64,000 nucleotides of DNA. Origin: Acidimicrobiia bacterium. GTDB lineage: Bacteria; Actinomycetota; Acidimicrobiia; IMCC26256; JAOSJM01. Location of the stretch: positions 10,217-74,216 of the forward strand of contig JAOSJM010000008.1 of NCBI GenBank assembly GCA_027494165.1, written 5' to 3'. Numbering within the stretch: position 1 is the stretch's first letter; every line of letters starts with the position of its first letter. Below are positions 31,251 to 40,037 of this stretch, one piece after another. The notes below the pieces were generated by a model that saw only the letters and a list, made by a program, of their open reading frames with translations, was not told where the DNA came from and did no database searches. Both the position numbers and the translations under genes were made by a program.

Positions 31251-31878
31251 GTGACCTGGACCGACCTCCTCGTCGTGCTCGTCCTGGCGGTCGTCGGCTG
31301 GCGACTGGCCCAGGCGGCGTGGATCTCGGTGGCCCACCGGGCCCGGTCGATCGAGGTCGTCCGGGGCCTGCGCCCCCGTCACGTCCTGCTCGCCGTGCCC
31401 GTGCTGGTCGTGGTCCTCGTGGTGGCGACCGCGCTCCTGGCCGTGCCCGGCCTCTCCTTCGGCTGGTGGACGGCGCTGGGCGGCGAGGGGAACCCGGTCT
31501 TCGGGTCGACGGGCGGCGAGCAGGGGCGCGTGCTCGACGTCGTCGTCCCGGTGGTCTTCGGCGTGCTCCTCGTGGTGGCGCTCCCCCTGCTCGTCTGGGC
31601 GGAGGAGGACGTCTTCCGCCGGGGGGCCGAGCGCCGCTCGGTCGGGGCCAACCTCGTCCGGGCCCTCGTCTTCGGCCTCGTGCACGCGCTGGTCGGGATC
31701 CCGATCGGCGGCGCTGGCCCTGTCGGTCGGCGGGGTCTACCTCACCTGGGCCTACCTGCGGGGGTGGCGCCGGACGGGGACCGTGCGCGGGGCGCTGCTC
31801 GAGTCCAGCCGGGCCCACCTCGCGTACAACCTGCTCATCGTGACCCTGCTCGCGACGGTGATCGCGCTGGGGTGGTGA
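31251..31878 (+). CDS. CPBP (CAAX) family intramembrane glutamic protease; 1-nt insertion as sequenced
   Basis: WAEEDVFRRG (EExxxR) and FGLVHAL motifs are present. After about 31706-31713 the protein-like reading AALALSVGGVYLTWAYLRGWRRTGTVRGALLESSRAHLAYNLLIVTLLATVIALGW-stop (31876-31878) is in the next frame. Confidence 0.75.
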
Positions 31879-31890
31879 GACGGGGCCGGC

Positions 31891-33261
31891 TCAGAGCGGT
31901 CGCTCGCCGGCGAGCCAGTACCCGCTCCCGGTCGGGAGGAGGCCGACGAAGAGGTCGGCGGCGTCGTCGCCGCTCCGGGATCCGAGGAACGTCGCGTCCC
32001 CGAAGGCGAACACACCCCCGTCCGAGGCCACCAACCAGTACCCCCTCCCCGACGGCGTCGCCGCCATCCCCACGATCGGCTCGTTCAACCGCACCGCCCC
32101 CGTCGACCCCAGGAACGACGCGTCCCCGAAGGCGAACACACCCCCGTCCGAGGCCACCAACCAGTACCCCTCCCCCGACGGCGTCGCCGCCATCCCCACG
32201 ATCGGCTCGTTCAACCGCACCGCCCCCGTCGACCCCAGGAACGACGCGTCCCCGAAGGCGAACACACCCCCGTCCGAGGCCACCAACCAGTACCCCTCCC
32301 CCGACGGCGTCGCCGCCATCCCCACGATCGGCTCGTTCAACCGCACCGCCCCCGTCGACCCCAGGAACGACGCGTCCCCGAAGGCGAACACACCCCCGTC
32401 CGAGGCCACCAACCAGTACCCCTCCCCCGACGGCGTCGCCGCCATCCCCACGATCGGCTCGTTCAACCGCACCGCCCCCGTCGACCCCAGGAACGACGCG
32501 TCCCCGAAGGCGAACACACCCCCGTCCGAGGCCACCAACCAGTACCCCTCCCCCGACGGCGTCGCCGCCATCCCCACGATCCCGGCCGCCGAGACGAGGT
32601 CGTCGGGAACCGGTGCCGGCCGGGGCTCGCCGAACCCGTACACGCGGGGCCGGAACGGCCCCTGTCTCCGGTCCCAGTCGGCGACGTGCGCACGGACGAG
32701 CGCCGCGTAGGCCTGCCGGCCCGACGGGGTGAGGTGCAGACCGTCGGAGTACACGTACTCGGGGTGGGCGACCGGCAGGGGGTCCCAGTCGGCCAGCTCC
32801 AGGTTGCCCCAGCGCGACGTGGCCGCCCGCAGCTCCTCGTTCACCGCGGCCCGGTGGGGCTGGAACACCCGCACCGTCACCCAGAGCACCAGCTCCACGT
32901 CCGCCAGCTCCGCCATGATCCGGTCGATCTCCCGCCGGAACACGTCGCGGTCGCCGAAGTAGTTGTTCCCGAGCCCCAGCACGACCACGTCACCCGTCGC
33001 CGGCCGGAGCTCGCCGACCCGCTGGATGGCGGTCGGCATGTTGAGCCCCACGAACGCCTCGACGGTGGGCAGCCATCCGTCGGCGGTGAGCGCGGACCGG
33101 ATGGGGTCGACGGCCCCGAGGAGCACGGAGTCGCCGACGACCAGGACGCGCCGATCGGCGTTGCGGGCACCGGCGGCCGGGGACCAGCCGACCGCCGCGA
33201 CGGCGACGAGGACCGCGAGGAGCGCCGGGACCGCTGCGGTGACCCACCGGCGGGGGCTCAT
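31891..33261 (-). CDS. Secreted SGNH/GDSL-family hydrolase fused to five-plus 42-aa GYW repeats (same repeat family as 16300..17770)
   Basis: The signal-like N-terminus is followed by RRVLVVGDSVLLG (GDS block), GLGNNY, and a DGLH-type block (YSDGLHLT). Then come 4 identical repeats plus 1 variant of [42 protein letters not shown] and a terminal partial GSGYWLAG. Confidence 0.8.
   Translation of the reverse strand: MSPRRWVTAAVPALLAVLVAVAAVGWSPAAGARNADRRVLVVGDSVLLGAVDPIRSALTADGWLPTVEAFVGLNMPTAIQRVGELRPATGDVVVLGLGNNYFGDRDVFRREIDRIMAELADVELVLWVTVRVFQPHRAAVNEELRAATSRWGNLELADWDPLPVAHPEYVYSDGLHLTPSGRQAYAALVRAHVADWDRRQGPFRPRVYGFGEPRPAPVPDDLVSAAGIVGMAATPSGEGYWLVASDGGVFAFGDASFLGSTGAVRLNEPIVGMAATPSGEGYWLVASDGGVFAFGDASFLGSTGAVRLNEPIVGMAATPSGEGYWLVASDGGVFAFGDASFLGSTGAVRLNEPIVGMAATPSGEGYWLVASDGGVFAFGDASFLGSTGAVRLNEPIVGMAATPSGRGYWLVASDGGVFAFGDATFLGSRSGDDAADLFVGLLPTGSGYWLAGERPL
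31990..32600. repeat. Tandem 126-bp coding repeats, four units apparently identical at the DNA level
   Basis: The string gacggcgtcgccgccatccccacgatcggctcg recurs at 32051, 32177, 32303, 32429 and 32555, an exact 126-bp period. Confidence 0.85.
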
Positions 33262-33342
33262 GGCCGGGCCAGGATAGGAAGGCGGCGGCGGGGCGGCGGC
33301 ATCGGGCCCCGGCCCCGCGGGCCGGGCCTACGCTGGGTGCCG

Positions 33343-33994
33343 ATGAGGAGCCTGCCCAGCTTCGAGCCGAGCCAGCCGGTCTTCCTCGAGAGCGGCTCCG
33401 GCGAGGAGACCGAGGGACGCCGGGGCGTGATCGAGGCGGTCCAGGACGGGCGGCTCACGATCGCCGCCACCGACGACGAGCGGTTCGACGACGCCTTCGC
33501 CACGGGCGGCCAGGTGACCGTCACGTACCTGACCCGGAGCGGCGTGTACACGTTCCAGGCCACCGTGACGCGAGCGGGTCGCCACAGCCTCTCCGTCGAC
33601 CTCCCCCGCCGGGGGCGAGCGCGTCCAGCGGCGCCAGTACGTCCGCACCCCCGTCCCGATCGACGTGGCCTGCCTGTTCCTGGACGAGGAGCACAACCGC
33701 TTCACGCCCTTCGACGCCCGGGTGCGCGACGTCGGCGGGGGCGGAGCGGCCCTGATGGGCGACGTCATCGCGCCTCGTGGCGCGGTGGTGGCGCTCTCCC
33801 TGGCCCTGCCCGGCGACCGGCCGGTGCTCGCGCTGGGCTCGGTCCTGAGCACGGAAGGGGGTCGCGGCCCCGAGCAGCCGCACGTCGTCCGGGTGCAGTT
33901 CACGAACCTGCTCGAGCCCGACCGCGACCGGCTGATGCGCTTCGTGTTCGCCAGCCTCCGGGAGCGGCCGCCCGAGCACCCCGCGGAGCCCTGA
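33343..33994 (+). CDS. PilZ-domain (c-di-GMP receptor) protein with YcgR-like N-terminal domain; 1-nt insertion as sequenced
   Basis: MRSLPSFEPSQPVFLESG..VTVTYLTRSGVYTFQATV. After the C5/G5 runs 33603-33615 it reads GERVQRRQYVRTPVPIDVACLF..ARVRDVGGGGAAL. The RxxxR and D-x-G-x-G-G pair is the PilZ signature. Confidence 0.7.
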
Positions 33995-34033
33995 CCTCTC
34001 CTGACCCTGTCCTGCACCGACCAGGAGGACACC

Positions 34034-35251
34034 GTGACGCCCTCCGAGCGCCTGCTCCCCACCCGGGCCGAGGCCATGGCCTCGTTCGCCCGGCACGTCT
34101 CCCGGGGCAAGGTCGAGACGTTCGAGAGCCTCGGCATCGACCTGGTCCTCGGCGAGCGCGGCGGGCCCTGCTTCCGCGACGCCTACGACGGCCGGCGATG
34201 GTTCAACTGCCACAGCAACGGCGGGGTCTTCAACCTCGGCCACCGCCACCCCCGGGTCCTGGCCGCGGTGCAGCGGGCCCTCGAGTCGGTCGACATCGGC
34301 AACCACCACCTCGTCTCCGACGCCCGGGCCGAGGTGGGACGGCGCCTGTCGGCCACCACCGGGGACCGCCTCTCCGGGGTGGTGTTCGGGGTGAGCGGCG
34401 GCGAGGCGGTCGACGTGGCCATCAAGGCGGCGCGCGCCGCCACCGGGCGGAGCGGGATCGTCTCGGTGCACGGTGGGTACCACGGGCACACGGGGCTGGC
34501 CCTCGCCGCCGGCGATCCCCAGTACCGGGACCCCTTCGGCCCCAACCTCCCCGGCTTCGCCCAGGTGCCCTTCGACGACGTCGCCGCCATGGACCGCGCC
34601 GTCGGCGACGACACGGCCGGGGTGCTCCTCGAGCCGATCCCCGCCACCCTCGGCATGCCGATCCCGGCCGAGGGCTACCTCGCCGCCGTGCAGTCCCTCT
34701 GCCGGGAGCGCGGCGCGCTGCTGCTGCTCGACGAGGTCCAGACCGGCCTCGGCCGGACGGGCCGTTCGTGGTGTCACCAGCACGACGGCGTCGAGCCCGA
34801 CGTCGTCGTCACGGGAAAGGGGCTGAGCGGGGGCATCTATCCGATCACCGCCACCCTCATGACCTCCGAGGCGCACGCGATCTTCGACGAGCAGCCCTTC
34901 GTCCACGTCTCGACCTTCGGCGGCGCGGAGCCGGGCTGCGCGGCCGCGCTGGCGGTGCTCGACGTGATCGAGGAGCCCGGCTTCCTGGAGCGGGTGGAGG
35001 AGGTCGGGGCCCGGCTCGAGGAGGCCTTCGCGCGGCTCGACCTCCAGGTCCGCCGCCGGGGGCTGTTCATGGGCCTGGCGTTCCCGGTCGAGGCCGGAGG
35101 CCTCCTCGCCGCCAAGGCCTGCTTCGACGCGGGCGTCTTCGCCGTGTGGGCGAACCACGACCCCTCGGTCCTCCAGTTCCTGCCCCCGCTCGTCCTCACC
35201 GACGCCGAGGTCGACGAGCTGGCCGGGCTCGTGGTCGGCGCCCTCTCGTGA
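34034..35251 (+). CDS. Class-III PLP-dependent aminotransferase-fold enzyme (possibly a phospho-lyase, see findings)
   Basis: 405 aa: ..GGVFNLGHRHPRV..FGVSGGEAVDVAIKAARA..HGGYHGHT..LLLDEVQTGLGRTG..DVVVTGKGLSGG (Schiff-base Lys) ..STFGG. Confidence 0.9.
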   Translation: MTPSERLLPTRAEAMASFARHVSRGKVETFESLGIDLVLGERGGPCFRDAYDGRRWFNCHSNGGVFNLGHRHPRVLAAVQRALESVDIGNHHLVSDARAEVGRRLSATTGDRLSGVVFGVSGGEAVDVAIKAARAATGRSGIVSVHGGYHGHTGLALAAGDPQYRDPFGPNLPGFAQVPFDDVAAMDRAVGDDTAGVLLEPIPATLGMPIPAEGYLAAVQSLCRERGALLLLDEVQTGLGRTGRSWCHQHDGVEPDVVVTGKGLSGGIYPITATLMTSEAHAIFDEQPFVHVSTFGGAEPGCAAALAVLDVIEEPGFLERVEEVGARLEEAFARLDLQVRRRGLFMGLAFPVEAGGLLAAKACFDAGVFAVWANHDPSVLQFLPPLVLTDAEVDELAGLVVGALS

Positions 35252-36163
35252 ACGGCGACCTGGATCTCGCCCCGCTCGAGGAAGCCGTCGAGGAGGCGCT
35301 GGCGAGCGGCGGCGAGCGCGGCCTCGACGTGCTGGGCTACGGCGAGATCTCCTTCGTCCTGGGCTGGCCGGGCCCCGAGGGCCGGCTGGCCTGCAAGCGC
35401 CTCCCGCTGTTCGAGACGCCGGAGGCCCTCGACGCCTACGAGCGCTGCCTCACCCTCTACGTCGAGCGACTGGCCGAGCGGGGGACCACGGTCGTGGCCA
35501 GCCGCCTCGTGACCGTCTCCAAGGCCGGCGGTCGCATCGCGGCGTACTGCGTGCAGCCGGCCCTCCCGCCGCAGGCCATGGCCCCTTGGCGGCTCGCCCG
35601 GGCGGAGCCCGACGAGGGCCGGGGGGTCCTCGGGCGGATCGTCGACCGGATCGGCTCGACGGTCGGCGACGGCCTCGGGCTCGACGGCCAGCTCTCGAAC
35701 TGGGCCGTGGCCGGCGACGACGTCGTCTACTTCGACGTCACGACGCCGATGATGCGCGACGGCGAGGGAAACGAGCTCCTCGACACCGACCTCTTCCTCG
35801 CCGCGCTCCCCTGGCTGCTCCGGGGGTCGTGCGGAGGTTCCTCCTGCGCGGCATCCTCGACACCTTCTACGACCCGAGGGGGGTGGTCGTCGACCTGGCG
35901 GGCAACCTGCACAAGGAGGGCCTGGCCGGCTGGGTGCCCCCCCTGGTGGAGGAGGCCGACCGGCGCCTCGGCCTGGGCATCACCGAGGAGGAGGTCCGCC
36001 GGTACTACGTGCGCGACGCCCGGGTCTGGGCCGCCCTGCAACGGGCCCGGCGCCTCGACCGCCGGTGGCAGCGGTCGGTGCGCCGCCGCCCCTACCCGTT
36101 CCTGGTGCCCGAGCGCATCGAGCGCCACCCCCACCCCGGACCCCGGGCGCCTCCCGGGGCTGA
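35248..36163 (+). CDS. Hypothetical protein with protein-kinase-like/APH-like motifs; at least one 1-nt deletion as sequenced
   Basis: The GTG overlaps the aminotransferase stop as GTGA. The reading is LGYGEISFVLGW (Gly-rich loop-like), LACKRLP, LDGQLSNWAV (catalytic-loop-like D..N) and VYFDVTTP. After the G5 run 35822-35826 it continues in the 35586 frame (VVRRFLLRGILDTFYDPRG..). The stop assignment TGA 36161-36163 needs a further shift and is uncertain. Confidence 0.5.
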
Positions 36164-36182
36164 GCGTGGATCCGGAGGTCGG

Positions 36183-37649
36183 TCACCACCCGCGGGTGAC
36201 CACCTCGTGGCCGGCGGGCACGCACACCGTCTTCTGCTCGAGGTAGGCGGTGAGGCCCTCGGGCCCGAGCTCGCGGCCGAGCCCGGAGCACTTGAAGCCG
36301 CCGAAGGGCGCGCAGAACTCCATCATGAAGCCGTTGACGGTGTAGGTCCCGGTGCGGACCCGCCGGGCGATGTCGAGCCCGAGGTCGACGTCCGCGGTCC
36401 AGACCGTGCCGGACAGCCCGTAGTCGGAGTCGTTGGCGATGCGGACCGCGTCGTCGACGCCGTCGTAGGGGATCACGCACAGGACCGGACCGAAGATCTC
36501 CTCCTGCGCGATCCGCATCGAGTTGTCGACCCCGGTGAAGACGGTGGGCTCCACGAACCAGCCCCGGTCGAGCCCGGCCGGGCGACCCCCGCCGACGGCG
36601 ACGGTGGCCCCCTCCTCGCGCCCGAGCGCGAGGTAACCCTCGACCCGCTCCCGCTGGCGCTCGGCCACGAGCGGCCCGACGTTGGTCTCGGGGTCCATCG
36701 GGTCGCCGACCTTCAGGGCACCGACCGCTGCCGCGACGGCCTCGACGACCTCGTCGTAGCGCCGGCGGGAGGCGAGGATGCGGGTCTGGGCCACGCAGGC
36801 CTGGCCGTTGTTCATCAGCCCGGCGTACATCAGGCCGGGGACGGTGGTCTCGAGGTCGGCGTCGTCGAGGATGACGGCCGCCGACTTGCCACCCAGCTCG
36901 AGGGTGACGCGCCGGAGCCGCTCACCGCACAGCGACGCGATGCGGCGGCCGGCCACGGTGCTCCCGGTGAACGCGATCTTGTCGACGTCGGGGTGGGTGA
37001 CGAGGTGCTCGCCCACCTCGCGTCCCGCGGGGACGATGTTGAGGACGCCGGGCGGGAGTCCGGCCTCCTCCACGACCTCGGCCAGCACGTACGCGTCGAG
37101 CGGCGTCTCGGGGGCCGGCTTGAGGACGATCGTGCACCCGGCCGCGAGGGCGGGGCCGAGCTTGAGCGCGGTCACGAACAGCGGGACGTTCCACGGGACG
37201 ATCGCCCCGGCGACCCCCACTGGCTCCTGGCGCACGAGCGCGGGACCGAAGACGCCCTGGCGGACCTCCTCGAACGCGTACTCGCGGGCGAGGCCGGTGT
37301 AGAAGTCGAGGATCATCGTGGAGGCGATCGTCTGCCCGGTCATGGAGAAGCTGATCGGCGACCCCATCTCGGTCGTGATGAGCTTCGCCAGCTCCTCCAT
37401 GCGACCCTGGAGGAGCTGGGAGACCTTGGCGATCACGTCGGCGCGCTCGGCCGGGCTCGTGCGCGGCCAGGGCCCCTCGTCGAACGCCACCCGGGCCGCG
37501 GCCACCGCCCGGTCGACGTCGGCCTCGCGCGCCTCGGGGACCCGCCCCACGACCTCCTCGGTGAACGGGGAGACCACCTCGATGGTCGACGTCGTGGACG
37601 GCGCCACCCACTCGCCGCCGATGTAGAGCCGGTCGTGCTCGATCACCAC
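36183..37649 (-). CDS. NAD(P)+-dependent aldehyde dehydrogenase
   Basis: ..VGVAGAIVPWNVP..FTGSTVAGRRI..LELGGKSAAVIL..NNGQACVAQTR..EEIFGPV. The start is placed at the GTG pair 37646/37649 after GGGAGG; the ORF opens at 37706. Confidence 0.9.
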   Translation of the reverse strand: MVIEHDRLYIGGEWVAPSTTSTIEVVSPFTEEVVGRVPEAREADVDRAVAAARVAFDEGPWPRTSPAERADVIAKVSQLLQGRMEELAKLITTEMGSPISFSMTGQTIASTMILDFYTGLAREYAFEEVRQGVFGPALVRQEPVGVAGAIVPWNVPLFVTALKLGPALAAGCTIVLKPAPETPLDAYVLAEVVEEAGLPPGVLNIVPAGREVGEHLVTHPDVDKIAFTGSTVAGRRIASLCGERLRRVTLELGGKSAAVILDDADLETTVPGLMYAGLMNNGQACVAQTRILASRRRYDEVVEAVAAAVGALKVGDPMDPETNVGPLVAERQRERVEGYLALGREEGATVAVGGGRPAGLDRGWFVEPTVFTGVDNSMRIAQEEIFGPVLCVIPYDGVDDAVRIANDSDYGLSGTVWTADVDLGLDIARRVRTGTYTVNGFMMEFCAPFGGFKCSGLGRELGPEGLTAYLEQKTVCVPAGHEVVTRGW

Positions 37650-37759
37650 GCACCTCCCGCCGGGGCCCTCGGGGCCGAGAGAGAAATAGAACGCGTTCTC
37701 GCCCACGCTACGGAGCGGGCGGCCCGGCGCGCAAGCCTGCCCGCGCGCCAGCGGAGCGG

Positions 37760-39400
37760 TCAGGGACCGGGGGTCCGGGCCGGCTCCGCGACCCGCCCCC
37801 CGGCCCGGACCGTGCGGGCGAGGGGCTCGCCGGTGACCGCCTCGGCCGCCGCCAGGCCGCTCGCCATGCAGGCGGCGATGCCGTGGGCGGTGAGCGTGCC
37901 CGCGCCGGCGAGGAACAGGCCCGGGAGCGGCGTGACCGGGCCGGGCCGGCGGTCGAGGCTCTGGTCGGGCGTGAGCTCGAACCCGTAGCTGGTGCCGCCG
38001 GTGGACCGGACGAAGCGCTCGTGGGTGATCGGGGTGGCCGTCTCGAGGTAGGCCACCGACTCCTCCAGTCCGGGGACGGCCCGCCCGGCCAGCCGCACGA
38101 CCCGCCGGGCCAGCTCGTGCTTGCGCTCCCGGTAGGCGGGGTTCCGCCGGTAGCGCTCGCCGGCCGCCGGCCCCCGCTCGAGCCCCCAGAACGCCGGGTC
38201 CGGGGGGACGAGGGCCATCACCTGGAGGTTGGTGCGACCCGGGCCGCCGAGGCGCGCGTTGGTCGGGTCCTTGAGGCTGGCGAACGAGAGGAACAGCGTG
38301 GGCTCGTCGACGAGGTCGCCCCGGGCCAGGGCGTCGTACTCGGCGTCGACGTCGTCGCCGGCGAGGACGTGGGCGTTGGCGTTGGGGTGCCCCTCGGCGG
38401 CCAGGTCGCGGTCGAGCACGAGGTAGGCGACGAACAGGGGCGGGCCCATCCGCAGGCCGCGGATCCGCCCGACCCAGTCGGCGGGCAGGTGCTCCTCGCC
38501 GACCAGCTCCGAGACGGTGCGCTTCAGGTCGGCGTTCGACACGACCACCGGCGCCCGGACCTCGTCGGGGACGCCCCGGCGCCGGTGCGGTGACGCCGGC
38601 CGCAGCGCCACCCCGACCGCCCGGCCGCCCTCGACCAGGATCCGCTCCACGGGGGTCCGCAGGAGGATCTCGCCGCCGCGGTCGCGGACGAAGCCGGCGA
38701 GCGCGTCGGAGAGGGCCTGCCCGCCTCCCTCCGGGTAGAAGGCGCCGTCGAGGTAGTGGCCGGCCACGAGGGCGTGCACGACGGCCGAGACGCGCGCCGG
38801 CCCCACGCCGTAGACCAGGTGCTGGGCGCCGAGCACGGCCCGGAGCCGGGGCGAGAGACCGAGGCCGTCGAAGAGGCTCCCCAGCGTCGTGTCACGGTGC
38901 TCGAGCAGCAGCGCCAGCTTCTCCATGGGGCCGCCGTCGGTGACGGCCGCGACCGCCTCGGCCACGCCGGCGACGAACGAGCAGTAGGCGTCGATGCCCT
39001 CCCGCTCGGCGGGGAACCAGCCGGCCAGCCGGTCCCGCCACCGCTCGAGCCCCCGCGGCATCGAGTAGGTGGCGTCGGGGAAGCAGAAGCGGTCGAACCC
39101 GTCGGGGTCGAGCTCGCGCCAGCGGACCCGCTCGTCGAGCCCGAGCCCGCCCAGGATCGAGGCCACGAGGCCGCCGGGCCCGCAGCCGCCCACGTAGTGG
39201 GTGCCGACGTCGAACTCGAACCCGTGGTGGGTGAACGTGGAGACGTTGCCACCGACCACCGCGTGCCGGTCGACGACGACGCAGCGCCTCCCGGTGGCCT
39301 GGAGGTACGCGGCCGCGGTGAGCCCGCCGATGCCCGCCCCCACGATCACGACGTCGGCGTCGTGGGAGCCGCTCACGGGGCCGGTCACGGGACCGCTCAC
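37760..39400 (-). CDS. FAD-dependent oxidoreductase of the phytoene desaturase (CrtI)/retinol saturase-like family
   Basis: 546 aa: DVVIVGAGIGGLTAAAYLQATGRRCVVVDRHAVVGGN (Rossmann GxGxxG) and a C-terminal ..GLFLAGAGTLTAHGIAACMASG. Confidence 0.85.
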   Translation of the reverse strand: MSGPVTGPVSGSHDADVVIVGAGIGGLTAAAYLQATGRRCVVVDRHAVVGGNVSTFTHHGFEFDVGTHYVGGCGPGGLVASILGGLGLDERVRWRELDPDGFDRFCFPDATYSMPRGLERWRDRLAGWFPAEREGIDAYCSFVAGVAEAVAAVTDGGPMEKLALLLEHRDTTLGSLFDGLGLSPRLRAVLGAQHLVYGVGPARVSAVVHALVAGHYLDGAFYPEGGGQALSDALAGFVRDRGGEILLRTPVERILVEGGRAVGVALRPASPHRRRGVPDEVRAPVVVSNADLKRTVSELVGEEHLPADWVGRIRGLRMGPPLFVAYLVLDRDLAAEGHPNANAHVLAGDDVDAEYDALARGDLVDEPTLFLSFASLKDPTNARLGGPGRTNLQVMALVPPDPAFWGLERGPAAGERYRRNPAYRERKHELARRVVRLAGRAVPGLEESVAYLETATPITHERFVRSTGGTSYGFELTPDQSLDRRPGPVTPLPGLFLAGAGTLTAHGIAACMASGLAAAEAVTGEPLARTVRAGGRVAEPARTPGP

Positions 39401-39553
39401 GGAGGTGGTCCTCCTGCTCGGCCACGACCGCCCGCACGCCGCCGTGGCGAGACGCCCCCGGACCGGCGTCGTGGACGGCGTCAGCCTAGTGCCGCGGCGC
39501 GGACGACGGAGGCGCCCGCGGCCCGCGCCGGGACCTCCGGTCGGCGCGCGCCG

Positions 39554-39844
39554 TCAGGCCTTCCGGAGCACGAGCTGGCGACCCTCGCCGGGCTCGACCT
39601 CCGCGGCGTCGATCACGAGGTCGGAGAGCGCCTCGGCGACCGACTCGTCGACGAAGAGGCGCACGCCCTCGGTCTCGGAGACGGCGTCACCGGACGCCGG
39701 CGCCTCCTCGAACGAGATCTTGACGGAGCCGGCGGTGTCGTCGGCGCCCGCGGCGAAGACGCGCACCCCGAAGTGGTCGGGGAGCCCCCGCTGCTCCCGG
39801 GCCGTCGTGAGGGCGTTCGCTGCGCTGCTGGTGATCCCGAGCAT
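39554..39844 (-). CDS. HesB/IscA-like domain protein lacking the C-terminal Cys ligands
   Basis: MLGITSSAANALTTAREQ..GVRVFAAG..KISFEE..GVRLFVDESVAEALSDLVIDA. ATG 39844 is preceded by GAGGAG. There are no cysteines, so a true Fe-S scaffold role is doubtful. Confidence 0.5.
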   Translation of the reverse strand: MLGITSSAANALTTAREQRGLPDHFGVRVFAAGADDTAGSVKISFEEAPASGDAVSETEGVRLFVDESVAEALSDLVIDAAEVEPGEGRQLVLRKA

Positions 39845-40037
39845 CGCGGTCTCCTCTCGTCGGTGGCTCACGCTGGGAGCACCCGTGCCGGGACACCGGC
39901 GCGCCAGACGCGACCTCTCGCGTCACGGAGCCCCGGGGATGCGGCACACCGGACGGCGCACCGACCGCTCCCCGACGAACAGGTGCGGGACCACCGTAAC
40001 GCCGGGCGCCGCGGGAGGCGTCGCGCCCCCCCTGACC

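Noticed and set aside
31251-32732. Proline-rich repeat protein (PRRRTHPRPRPPTSTPPPTASPPSPRSARSTAPPPSTPGTTR x5) on the plus strand, and the similar repeat ORF 15912..17729
   Set aside because: These are the antisense or out-of-frame readings of the 126-bp GYW coding repeats. The GYW frames have a signal peptide, enzymatic domains and sensible composition, whereas these do not.
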